DNA from: Pseudomonadota bacterium
GTDB lineage: Bacteria > Pseudomonadota > Alphaproteobacteria > Sphingomonadales > Sphingomonadaceae
NCBI GenBank assembly: GCA_023445495.1
Contig: JAEXLC010000180.1
Coordinates: 805 to 64,804, forward strand
DNA length: 64,000 nt
Reading direction: 5' to 3'
Translations under genes and position numbers: made by a program
Shown: in pieces, positions 18,228-26,867 of the stretch
How the letters are laid out: the number at the start of each line of letters is the position of its first letter
Numbering within the stretch: position 1 is the first letter of the stretch
The notes under the pieces: generated by a model
Told to the model about the DNA's origin: nothing
Seen by the model: only the letters and a program-made list of their open reading frames with translations
Database searches by the model: none

Positions 18228-20360
18228 ATGGGGGGAGGGGCGGTGTTTCGCCATATCGGTGCGACAATCGAGCACTGGCTGGAAGCCGAGCGCGCGCAAT
18301 TGCCGCTCTGGCTGCCGGTGGCGCTGGGCGGCGGGATCACCGCCTGGTTCCTGTTGCCCGACGCGCCGCGCTGGATCGGCTTCCTGCTTCTGTCGGGCGC
18401 GATTGCGGTGCTGGGGCTGGCCTTGCCGGGGCGGTTGGGACGGGCGTTGCTACTAGGCGGGCTTGCGATGGCGGCGGGCTGCGCGCTGATCTGGTGGCGA
18501 GCGGAACGGGTTGCGGCACCGGTGCTGGCCCGGCCCGCGGTGGTGGAGATCAGCGGCCGCGTGGTGCGGGTGGAGCGGATGCCGGCGCGTGACGTGGTGC
18601 GGGTGACATTGCTGCCGGGGCGCAGCGACCTCCCGCCGCGAGTGCGCGTGAACCTCGAGACGCGGGATGTGCCTGCCGGGCTGGCGCCCGATGCGGTGGT
18701 GAAGCTGCGCGCGCGACTGATGCCGCCGGCCGAAGCTGCGGTGCCGGGCGGCTATGATTTCGCCCGGACCGCATGGTTTGCCGGACTGGGCGCGACCGGC
18801 AAGGGCTTTGATCCCGTCGAGGTGGTGACCCCCGCCAGAGCGGCGGGCGCGGATCTGCGGGCATCGCTTTCGGCGCATATCCAGTCGCGACTGGAGGGCA
18901 GTGCCGGCGGCATCGCCAGTGCGCTCGCCACCGGCGACCAGGGCGCGATCGCGGAAGCCGATGTAGAGGCGATGCAGCGCTCCGGCCTCGCGCACCTGCT
19001 GTCGGTAAGCGGGTTGCATGTGACGGCAGTGACCGCGGCGGCGATGCTGCTGGTGCTCAAGCTCCTCGCGCTGAGCCCGGCCCTGGCGCTGCGCTGGCGC
19101 CTGCCCCTTGTCGCGGCGGGTGCGGGGGCGCTGGCGGCGATCGGCTATACCCTGCTCACCGGCGCCGAGGTGCCGACGATCCGCTCCTGCGTTGCCGCCC
19201 TGCTGGTGCTGCTCGCGCTGAGCCTTGGGCGGGAGGCGATCACGCTGCGGCTGGTCGCGGCGGGCGCGATGATCGTGCTGCTGCTCTGGCCCGAGGCGCT
19301 GGCGGGGGCGAGCTTCCAGCTGAGCTTCGCTGCGGTGACCGCGATCGTCGCGCTGCATGAGAGCCCGTTGATGCAGCGCTGGTTCGGCAAGCGCGAGGAG
19401 GGGCGGGTCGCGGCGCTGCTGCGCGGGATCGGCTCGCTGCTGCTGACGGGCGTCGCGGTGGAACTCGCGCTGATGCCGATTGGCCTGTTCCATTTCCATC
19501 AGGCGGGCCTCTATGGCGCGCTCGCCAATATCGTCGCGATCCCGCTGACCACCTTCGTGGTGATGCCGCTCGAGGCGCTGGCACTGCTGCTCGATGTGGT
19601 CGGGCTTGGCTGGCCCGCCTGGTGGCTGACCGAGCAGGCGCTGCACCTGCTGCTCTGGATCGCGCGGACCACAGCCGCGGCGCCGGGGGCGGTCGCGGCG
19701 TTCCCGACCATGCCGGGCGGCGCCTTTGCATTGATGGTCGCGGGCGGGCTGTGGATCGCCTTGTGGCGGAGCCGCGTGCGCTGGGCGGGAGCGGCGCCGC
19801 TGGTTGCCGGGCTTGCCTGGATGCTCGCCACGCCGGCGCCGGACCTGATCGTGACCGGCGACGGACGGCATGTCGCGATCCGCATGGCCGATGGCAGCAT
19901 GGCGCTGCTGCGCGACAGAGCCGGAGACTATACCCGCGACATGCTTGCCGAGACCGGGGGCAGCGATGCCGAGCCGGCTGCCCTGTCCGACCAGCCGGGC
20001 GCCGCCTGCAGTCTCGATCTGTGTCTGATCGAGCATCGCGCCGGGGGTCGCGTCTGGCGGGTCGCGGCGACGCGGAGCCCTTATGTCCTGCCCTGGGCGG
20101 AGTTCACTGCGCTGTGCCGCAAGGTCGATGTGATGATAAGCGACCGGCGTCTGCCGGCGGGCTGCGCGCCGCGCTGGCTCAAGCTCGACCGGCCGCAGCT
20201 GGCGAGAACGGGCGGCGTGGCGATCGCCTTTGCCAGCGGACGGGTGACGATGGTGCGCGGGGCCGGCCGGCATCCATGGGTGAATCCGTCGCGGGTGCAG
20301 CCGGACTATGTGCCGGAACCGGGAATTGCCCCTGTCCGGACACGAAATCGCTGGCGTTGA
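18228..20360 (+). CDS. comEC: ComEC/Rec2 family competence channel protein
   Basis: Polytopic membrane protein with the SGLHV-containing competence domain. No HxHxDH metallo-beta-lactamase motif was seen in the C-terminal region. Start set at the ATG giving MGGGAVFRH. Confidence 0.85.
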   Translation: MGGGAVFRHIGATIEHWLEAERAQLPLWLPVALGGGITAWFLLPDAPRWIGFLLLSGAIAVLGLALPGRLGRALLLGGLAMAAGCALIWWRAERVAAPVLARPAVVEISGRVVRVERMPARDVVRVTLLPGRSDLPPRVRVNLETRDVPAGLAPDAVVKLRARLMPPAEAAVPGGYDFARTAWFAGLGATGKGFDPVEVVTPARAAGADLRASLSAHIQSRLEGSAGGIASALATGDQGAIAEADVEAMQRSGLAHLLSVSGLHVTAVTAAAMLLVLKLLALSPALALRWRLPLVAAGAGALAAIGYTLLTGAEVPTIRSCVAALLVLLALSLGREAITLRLVAAGAMIVLLLWPEALAGASFQLSFAAVTAIVALHESPLMQRWFGKREEGRVAALLRGIGSLLLTGVAVELALMPIGLFHFHQAGLYGALANIVAIPLTTFVVMPLEALALLLDVVGLGWPAWWLTEQALHLLLWIARTTAAAPGAVAAFPTMPGGAFALMVAGGLWIALWRSRVRWAGAAPLVAGLAWMLATPAPDLIVTGDGRHVAIRMADGSMALLRDRAGDYTRDMLAETGGSDAEPAALSDQPGAACSLDLCLIEHRAGGRVWRVAATRSPYVLPWAEFTALCRKVDVMISDRRLPAGCAPRWLKLDRPQLARTGGVAIAFASGRVTMVRGAGRHPWVNPSRVQPDYVPEPGIAPVRTRNRWR

Positions 20361-20386
20361 GCGCTGGCCGGGGCTCTCCTTCGTCC

Positions 20387-21082
20387 ATGATGCGAGCACC
20401 CAAGAAAAGCGACACGATCGAAGTGCGGCTGCCCCACGCCGTGAAGCGCGCCTTCATGGAGCAGTGCCGGTCCGAAGGGCGGACGGCCAGCGATGTGGTG
20501 CGCGGCTTTGTCGAGGATCGGCTGGCCAGGGAGGCGCCGCCGCCGGCCCTGCTGCGTCGTTGGTGCCGGCCGGTCGCCGCGGCGGCGATGATCGGGGCGA
20601 TCGGGCTGGCCATGCCATCCGCCGTGACTGCCGCGCCCGATTTCCGGCCGAGCTATGCCGCGTTCGACCGCAACCATGATGGGGTGCTTACCCCGGACGA
20701 ATTCGGCCCGAAGCGTGCCGAACCGCGCATCGGGTGCGGGGAGCACCGGGTGATGGCGCTGCCGCTGCGCCGGGCCTCGATGCCCGAGGTGCGCGGGCTG
20801 CGGCCTTTCGCCGTTTCTGCAGCCGATTTCGCGCTGGCCAAGGCCGATGCGAACAAGGACGGCAAGGTCAGCTTCGCCGAATTCGCGGCGCACCGCCTCA
20901 AGATATTCCGCGCCGGCTTCGACCTGCTCGACGCCAATCATGACGGCACGCTTTCGCCCGCCGAATATGCTGCCGCCTGGAACCTGTTCCGGTTCATGGG
21001 ACAGCAGCCCGATGTCGCGCCGTTCCAGGAACTCGACCACAATGGCGACGGCAGGGTCGCCTGGGCCGAGTTCCTGGCCTGA
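20387..21082 (+). CDS. membrane-anchored protein: N-terminal RHH-like segment, one TM helix, four EF-hand loops
   Basis: IEVRLPHAVKRAFMEQCRSEGRTASDVVRGFVEDRL has a strand-helix-helix pattern. TM segment is VAAAAMIGAIGLAMPSAV. Loops are DRNHDGVLTPDE, DANKDGKVSFAE, DANHDGTLSPAE and DHNGDGRVAWAE. Confidence 0.8.
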   Translation: MMRAPKKSDTIEVRLPHAVKRAFMEQCRSEGRTASDVVRGFVEDRLAREAPPPALLRRWCRPVAAAAMIGAIGLAMPSAVTAAPDFRPSYAAFDRNHDGVLTPDEFGPKRAEPRIGCGEHRVMALPLRRASMPEVRGLRPFAVSAADFALAKADANKDGKVSFAEFAAHRLKIFRAGFDLLDANHDGTLSPAEYAAAWNLFRFMGQQPDVAPFQELDHNGDGRVAWAEFLA

Positions 21083-21085
21083 GCC

Positions 21086-21784
21086 TCAATACTTGCGGAG
21101 CAGACCAGCCAGCCGGCCCTGCACGCGGACCTGATCGGGGCGGTAGCGCTGGGCGTTGTAATCGCGGTTCGCCGGATCGAGCCGGATCATCGCGCCTTCC
21201 TTGCGGAAATACTTCAGCGTCGCCTCGGCATCGTCGATCAGCGCCACGACGATCTCGCCGTCACGCGCCGTCTCGGTACGGCGGATCAGTGCATAGTCGC
21301 CGTCGAGAATGCCTGCCTCCACCATCGAATCGCCGGCCACTTCGAGCGCATAATGTTCCCCCGAGCCCAGCAAGGCTGCCGGGACCGGGAGCATCGACGA
21401 GCCTTCCAGCGCCTCGATCGGGGTACCCGCGGCGATGCGGCCGTGGAGCGGAATCTCGATCACATCGTTCGCGGGAGATGGCAGGGGCGTGGTGGGGGAG
21501 GGATTTGAGCCGGCCACTGCGGGGGCGGCGGACTTGGCGCCAGCAGCGGTCGCCGGCTTGGTATCGCCGCGTTCGGGCATGCGCAGCACTTCGAGCGCGC
21601 GGGCGCGGTTGGGCAGGCGGCGGATGAACTCGCGCTCCTCCAGCGCCGAGATCAGCCGATGCACCCCCGACTTCGACTTGAGATCGAGCGCTTCCTTCAT
21701 TTCCTCGAACGAAGGCGAGACACCGGTCTCGGCAAGCCGATCGGCAATGAAGCAGATGAGCTCGTGCTGCTTGCGCGTGAGCAT
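21086..21784 (-). CDS. lexA: LexA repressor
   Basis: Winged-HTH N-terminus, Ala-Gly cleavage site (RIAAGTP), and S24 peptidase Ser (GDSM) and Lys. A long Ala/Pro-rich linker is present, as in other alphaproteobacterial LexA. Confidence 0.95.
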   Translation of the reverse strand: MLTRKQHELICFIADRLAETGVSPSFEEMKEALDLKSKSGVHRLISALEEREFIRRLPNRARALEVLRMPERGDTKPATAAGAKSAAPAVAGSNPSPTTPLPSPANDVIEIPLHGRIAAGTPIEALEGSSMLPVPAALLGSGEHYALEVAGDSMVEAGILDGDYALIRRTETARDGEIVVALIDDAEATLKYFRKEGAMIRLDPANRDYNAQRYRPDQVRVQGRLAGLLRKY

Positions 21785-21802
21785 CCGGTTTCTCCTGGCG
21801 TG

Positions 21803-21817
21803 GAACAGACTGCGAAC
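21803..21817 (-). promoter_or_regulatory. SOS box (GTTC-N7-GTTC on the lexA sense strand)
   Basis: Plus strand reads GAACAGACTGCGAAC, 19-33 nt upstream of the lexA ATG. It matches the alphaproteobacterial LexA operator consensus exactly. Confidence 0.8.
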
Positions 21818-21832
21818 GTTTATGCAATGTTC
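21818..21832 (+). promoter_or_regulatory. second, imperfect SOS-box-like site (GTTT-N7-GTTC)
   Basis: GTTTATGCAATGTTC immediately abuts the first box. One mismatch to consensus, opposite orientation. Confidence 0.45.
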
Positions 21833-21842
21833 CGCGCGCTTG

Positions 21843-23030
21843 TCAAGCGATGTCGAGGATTTCCGCCGAGTCGCCCGTTTTCGCCTCCGGAGCCCCGGCC
21901 GGGCGCACGATCAGGCAGGTCGCCCGCGCCAGCGTGCGCAGCATCGAGCTGTCCTGGATCGTCGCGGCAAAGGCGCGGCCCCCGACCAGCTCGGCGCGGA
22001 GATAGTCGGCCCGCGCCCCCGTCGCCGGCAGCGGCTCGCCCAGTGGCACCACCCGGCTGCGCGGCAAGGGATCCGCCGCCCCCGCCAGATGCGCGACCAG
22101 CGGCCGCACGAACAGCGTGGCGGTGGCGAACACCGACACCGGATTGCCGGGCAGGCCGAGCAGCATTGCCTCGCCCAGCCGTCCCGCCATCATCGGCTTG
22201 CCCGGGCGCAGGGCGATCTTCCAGAAATCGATCTCCGCCCCCGCTGCGAGCAGCGCTGGACGGACCAGGTCACGATCGCCGACCGAGGCGCCGCCGGTGG
22301 TGACGAGCAGATCGCAATCGAGCCCGCGGAACGCCGCCTCAAGCGCGTCCTGGCGATCGGGGAGGATGCCGAGGTCGATCAGCTCGACCGGCAGGTCGGC
22401 CAGCATCGCGGCGAGCAGCAGCCGGTTAGTCTCGGGGATCTGGTCCGGCCCGAGTGGCGCGCCGGGCGCGACCAGCTCGTCGCCGGTGGAGAGCAAAGCC
22501 ACCCGAACCCTGCGGCGGACGGGCAGGGTGGCGTGGCCGGCCAGCGCGGCTAGCGCGAGGGCGGCGGGGGTGATCCGCGCTCCGGCGCGGAGCAACACAT
22601 CGCCCTCGCCGAAATCGAGCCCGCGCGCACGGACATTGCTGCCGAGGCGCAGCGGGCCTTCGCCGGCAAGGATAAGGCGGACGCCCTCCCGCGCCGCTTC
22701 CTCCTGGACGAGGATCGTGTCGGCGCCGGGCGGCAACGGGGCGCCGGTGAAGATGCGGACGGCCTGCCCCGGGGCGACCGCGCCGGCAAAACCGCGCCCG
22801 GCGGCGCTCTCGCCGATCACCTCCCACGGGCCGGGCAGGTCGGCGAAGCGGATCGCATAGCCGTCCATCGCCGACAGGGCGGAGGCGGGCTGGGTGCGGC
22901 GGGCGAGGATGTCGCGCGCGGTCCAGCGCCCGGCAGCCAGGGCGATCGGCACCTCCTCCTCGGCGAGCGGGGCGGCGCGCGCGAACAGGCGCTGCTGGGC
23001 TTCGGCGACGGGGAGAAGGGCGGCGGCCAT
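21843..23030 (-). CDS. moeA: molybdopterin molybdotransferase MoeA
   Basis: 395 aa with MoeA motifs LSTGDELV and [11 protein letters not shown]. Confidence 0.92.
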   Translation of the reverse strand: MAAALLPVAEAQQRLFARAAPLAEEEVPIALAAGRWTARDILARRTQPASALSAMDGYAIRFADLPGPWEVIGESAAGRGFAGAVAPGQAVRIFTGAPLPPGADTILVQEEAAREGVRLILAGEGPLRLGSNVRARGLDFGEGDVLLRAGARITPAALALAALAGHATLPVRRRVRVALLSTGDELVAPGAPLGPDQIPETNRLLLAAMLADLPVELIDLGILPDRQDALEAAFRGLDCDLLVTTGGASVGDRDLVRPALLAAGAEIDFWKIALRPGKPMMAGRLGEAMLLGLPGNPVSVFATATLFVRPLVAHLAGAADPLPRSRVVPLGEPLPATGARADYLRAELVGGRAFAATIQDSSMLRTLARATCLIVRPAGAPEAKTGDSAEILDIA

Positions 23031-23076
23031 GGTTGGTGCCTAGGGCAAGCGGGCGGGGGTGCGCCAGCCTTGCGCC

Positions 23077-23691
23077 TCAAACCACGATGTAGCGACTGAA
23101 ATCATAGCCGCGGCAGTTGTTCTTCGGGTTCGTCGGATCGGCGAGCTTCGCATCGAGCTCGGGCACGGACTCGCGGACGACCCGCGCGACCTCGTCCCGA
23201 TCGAATGCGACGTTTCGGGAGCCGATCACGCGGCCCTTCTCGTCCTTGACGGTCATCGTGAAGCTGCCTGCGGACCACAAGGCGCGATTGAGATCGCGAT
23301 TCTGGCTCTGCATATATTGCAGGTTTCCGCCGAAGTGCATGACGAGGAGCTGCGGCCCGGATTCGATCCGCCGCGCTTCGCCGCCCGCCATGGCGATCCA
23401 CAGCTGCGGCTTGGCGCGCTTCTTCCGGGTGGGCACGAAGATGTTGAACAGGTCCGGGGTGTCGGACGAAAGCGCGCCATCGGCATAGAGAAGGTCAACG
23501 ATATTGGGGAAGGGGGTGGAGGCCGAGTCCCATCCGATCCGCAAATAGCCGCCGCGCTTCCTGGCCTCGGGCCCGGTCCCTTCGACGGACTGGATCAGCT
23601 GATAGTGGCGCCCGCCAAGATCTCGTTCGACGCTGCAATCCCAGCCGATGATATCGCCGGGCAATGCCAGCGCGACCAATAATGACCACAT
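23077..23691 (-). CDS. hypothetical protein
   Basis: 204 aa counted from the ATG preceded by a strong SD (GGAAGGAGGGG). Short hydrophobic N-terminus MWSLLVALALPG. No recognisable family. Confidence 0.7.
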   Translation of the reverse strand: MWSLLVALALPGDIIGWDCSVERDLGGRHYQLIQSVEGTGPEARKRGGYLRIGWDSASTPFPNIVDLLYADGALSSDTPDLFNIFVPTRKKRAKPQLWIAMAGGEARRIESGPQLLVMHFGGNLQYMQSQNRDLNRALWSAGSFTMTVKDEKGRVIGSRNVAFDRDEVARVVRESVPELDAKLADPTNPKNNCRGYDFSRYIVV

Positions 23692-24297
23692 CGGACCCCT
23701 CCTTCCGAACTCGCGGCGCTCAAAGCGTTGACCGTCTCGAGGATCGGGAGCGTACATTCGGTTCCGCCTGCTCGACAAGCTGCCGGCCCGTGCGGGGCGG
23801 GCCGGGATGGACGACGTCTTGCTAGTGCGCAGGTAGAGGCCGGAGTCTCAACGTCTTGCCGTGTCGCTCAATCCAGGCACGTACACAGGCAGTTGCGCTG
23901 GGTTGGTTGCGGCCCAGGAGGAGCATGGCATCCAGATCATCGAGCGGATCGAGGCGCAGATGGCCCACGCCGCATCGGCGAGCCTGCGCGGCGAGCGCCC
24001 GGATGCTGGCCCAAGATCCCATCGCGACCGGTGACCCGGCATCCTGCGGTGATGCGAGAAGCAATGTCAGGGCACCCAGCACAGATATCTCCCGCCAGCC
24101 GAGGAAAGGCTGGATAGGGTTTGGATGTGCAGAGGTGATGCGGCACGCGTCCGATTGCCATCGAACCCGGTTTCGATACGGGGCATCGCCGCCGTCCAGT
24201 TGCGCCAGGCAGCTGAACGGCGGCCAAGTCTATCCAGGCCCGATGAGATTGCTACCGCCGGCCAGGTCTATCGGTGTCGCCAGGTCTGTGGAACGGA

Positions 24298-24480
24298 TTA
24301 CAGCAGGAACCACTTGTTCGCGCTTTCGGCATAGATCGCATTGATCGAGCCACCGGCGGGCAGCGATGTTGGCAGCGCGGACGTATCGCCCCAGGATCCG
24401 CCGGCATAGGCGATGGTCGTGATCGGCTTGCTCGTTACCAGCGAAAGCCGCCTGCCCGGGATCGGCGGGCGTGAGACCAT
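24298..24480 (-). other. probable out-of-frame C-terminal continuation of the beta-helix gene
   Basis: This frame has high third-position GC and a protein-like sequence (SRPPIPGRRLSLVTSKPITTIAYAGGSWGD...NKWFLL). It stays open upstream of its first ATG and overlaps the Arg-rich tail of the 400-aa ORF. Confidence 0.5.
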
Positions 24481-25637
24481 GTCGAGCTGAAAATAGGGCG
24501 TGGGTTCAGGGTCGAATTGACTTCGATGCTCACCCAGGTCGGATCGAGGTCGGAGACCAGGTTGGCCGTAGGGGCGAAAACCTTGTGTGCCGTCGGCCTT
24601 GCCCGGTTGGACAGCCCGTCATTCTGGCCGAGGAGGGTGAACCGGTCGAAGCGCCGTTCCGCTATTCCGGCAGGATCGCTGTGATATGCTTCGATCGGAG
24701 CCGCCACGCCGCGTCCGCCGACCACGGTGACGGGACCGGAGGTGTCGCCGAACGGATATAGCGGCGATGCGGCGCCCAGGCCGACAATTTGCGGATTGAT
24801 CCAGACGGACCCGGAGAATCCGCGGAAGGCAAAGGCAAGCTTTCCGAGGTCGAACGGGAACAGATTCACGAGTGGATTGATATAGGTGTTTTTGTGATTT
24901 GCGTCGATGATGCCGGTATTGGCCGGCGCTGCGGCGACGACGATTCCCTCCATCCGGGGCCGGATCACGTTCCGTTGCCCGCCGAACCGCATCACGTTTT
25001 CACCGACGATACTGATCTCGCTGTCGTCGCTGGCGTCGTCGATGCAGAAGCTGTCGCACTGCGTCAGGAACAACTCGTAGCGATTATAGGGGCCGCCGGT
25101 CTTCGCCGCGGTGCCGCGATGACCGGCGCCGGTGACCACAAAGCGATTGTCGTAGATGTTGCCCGCCGTCATGCCGGCCATCGTCAGCGCGCTGTAGGTG
25201 TTCCTGGTGTAATATTCGAAATACCCGTTGGTGATCGCGCCTGCGCCCGAAGCGTGCAGATATACCGCCGCGATGGGAGACCCGCCGCCGGACAGAAACG
25301 CCGCGAACGTCGTGGCGCTGGCATATTCATCCGCACCCACGACCAGAAAGCCGGACAAATGGAGGTTCAGCAACTGATCCGGTGCCGTCGCGGAGCGGAT
25401 TTCCAGAGCCGGTCGCTCGGGGTCCATCTGCTTGAGAATGCTTGCCTCGGGGCTCGCGCCACGAAGGTGGAGGCCGTTGCGCGGCTGGAAACCGACAAGG
25501 CCGAAAAGCCCTGCTGGAACGGCGACCTCAAGGTCGGCGGCCTGCGCCGCGTCGAATGCATATGTGGCATCGAACAAGGTGCCTGACGCATACAGGACCT
25601 GGTCGGCGGGCGTAAGAAAGTCAGTGACGGAAATCAT
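24435..25637 (-). CDS. right-handed beta-helix (pectate-lyase/tailspike-like) protein, apparently frameshifted near its 3' end
   Basis: N-terminus ISVTDFLTPADQVLYASG...AFDAAQAA..VAVPAGLF resembles the pectate-lyase-3/tailspike N-cap. Repetitive G/N/V-rich rungs follow. SD GAAGGAA. The ORF ends in an atypical tail HARRSRAGGFRW. Confidence 0.75.
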   Translation of the reverse strand: MISVTDFLTPADQVLYASGTLFDATYAFDAAQAADLEVAVPAGLFGLVGFQPRNGLHLRGASPEASILKQMDPERPALEIRSATAPDQLLNLHLSGFLVVGADEYASATTFAAFLSGGGSPIAAVYLHASGAGAITNGYFEYYTRNTYSALTMAGMTAGNIYDNRFVVTGAGHRGTAAKTGGPYNRYELFLTQCDSFCIDDASDDSEISIVGENVMRFGGQRNVIRPRMEGIVVAAAPANTGIIDANHKNTYINPLVNLFPFDLGKLAFAFRGFSGSVWINPQIVGLGAASPLYPFGDTSGPVTVVGGRGVAAPIEAYHSDPAGIAERRFDRFTLLGQNDGLSNRARPTAHKVFAPTANLVSDLDPTWVSIEVNSTLNPRPIFSSTWSHARRSRAGGFRW

Positions 25638-25672
25638 GCTTGTTCCTTCTCGAACAGGGCGTTGGCCGACCT

Positions 25673-25687
25673 GAACAAATAGGGAAC
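25673..25687 (-). promoter_or_regulatory. perfect SOS box GTTC-N7-GTTC upstream of the beta-helix gene
   Basis: Plus strand reads GAACAAATAGGGAAC, 36-50 nt upstream of the ATG at 25637. Same orientation relative to its gene as the lexA box. Confidence 0.55.
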
Positions 25688-25819
25688 ATTTGATTTCCTA
25701 CATTGCAAGCATGCTTCGCGTGCTAGGCCGGGAAGCGGGCTCCGCTTCCGCCGGGCTCCCGGGAGGTTGCCAGCTTGCGGGGTGAGCAAGCAACCGGTGC
25801 CTGCCCACCCCGCTTCCCC

Positions 25820-26830
25820 TCACGCCGTCAGCAGTTCCACCTTCTCCTCGGGCGTATCCTCGACCTTCTGCATCGTGTTGATCGAGATGTGCGGCCACAC
25901 GATCCGGCCGGGCAGGCCGGCGGTCCGGGGATCGAAATCGAGCATCACGATCTGGAGATATTGCAGGCGCAGCTTCGGCTTGCCCCGGGCGTCCTTCTCG
26001 GCGAGTTCCTGGATCCAGAAGGTCGAGCGCATCGACGACGCGTTGGCATGCTTGACCACGAAGGGGATGTTGTGGATCCCGCCGGTCTCCACCTCGGTAT
26101 CGACGTCGAGGATGGTGGTGCGGACGATGTCGACGCCCTGATTGGCAGCGGTGAGCAGCGCGGCGGGATGGACCGGATCGAACAGCCCCATGAACGGGTT
26201 GTCGTGGAAGTGCTTATACGGCGCGAGATAGCGGCTATCGAGGTCCTGCTTCACCTTGAGCGGCAGTCCGCTGACATCGGGAATGATGGGTGGCCCGTCG
26301 ATCGGCGGCACGCTCCGTCCGAGCGCCAGGACCGCGTCGCCATGCGGCACGGTCGAGAGCCGGGCGATGTCGAAGCCGTCGGTGAACTGATCGAGCATGT
26401 TGAGCCAGAGCCCGGGCTCGTGGTGGATGGTGTTGCCCGGCGGGCTGGTCGGCCCGAGGACATTGCTGTGCGGAAAGTCCGCCGTCGCGATCTGGTCGGT
26501 GACCTGCTCATAATCGAGCGCCATCAGCGACTGGTCGGCCTGCTTCCCCAGGGCATTCAGCCCGCGATTGGGGACGCCCTTGTCGACAAGGTCGAAGACC
26601 AGCGTCTCGTTATACTGGTTCATCAGCAGGCGGTAATCGAGGATCGAACCGGGTGTGGACTCGAAGGGCAGGGCGATCATGTTCCAGCCATGGCCTTCGA
26701 GCCCGCCTTCGTTCTTCCAGACGCCCGGCAACAGGCCGAGCGGGCCGAGAAGCGCTTCGCCTTCCTGTGCGGCCCGGATGACGCGGCCGCCGCCCTTGAG
26801 GGCCATGAGCGTCTTCTTGCTGAATGCCAT
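25820..26830 (-). CDS. hypothetical protein, possibly nitrobindin/FABP-like beta-barrel (unverified)
   Basis: 336 aa. LGLLPGVWKNEGGLEGHGWNMIALPF ... HHEPGLWLNM resembles the GxWxGxG ... HxExGxW pattern of DUF1794/THAP4-like barrels. Starts 37 nt after the oxidase stop, with SD GGGGAAGGGG. Confidence 0.8.
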   Translation of the reverse strand: MAFSKKTLMALKGGGRVIRAAQEGEALLGPLGLLPGVWKNEGGLEGHGWNMIALPFESTPGSILDYRLLMNQYNETLVFDLVDKGVPNRGLNALGKQADQSLMALDYEQVTDQIATADFPHSNVLGPTSPPGNTIHHEPGLWLNMLDQFTDGFDIARLSTVPHGDAVLALGRSVPPIDGPPIIPDVSGLPLKVKQDLDSRYLAPYKHFHDNPFMGLFDPVHPAALLTAANQGVDIVRTTILDVDTEVETGGIHNIPFVVKHANASSMRSTFWIQELAEKDARGKPKLRLQYLQIVMLDFDPRTAGLPGRIVWPHISINTMQKVEDTPEEKVELLTA

Positions 26831-26867
26831 CGCTGTTCCCCTTCCCCGATAGTCGGATTTGTTGCGG

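Noticed and set aside
23822-24082. 86-codon GTG-initiated ORF in the orphan tract.
   Set aside because: It has moderate GC3 but no SD, no recognisable motifs and a non-ATG start. I kept it only as a possible gene remnant within the orphan-tract finding.
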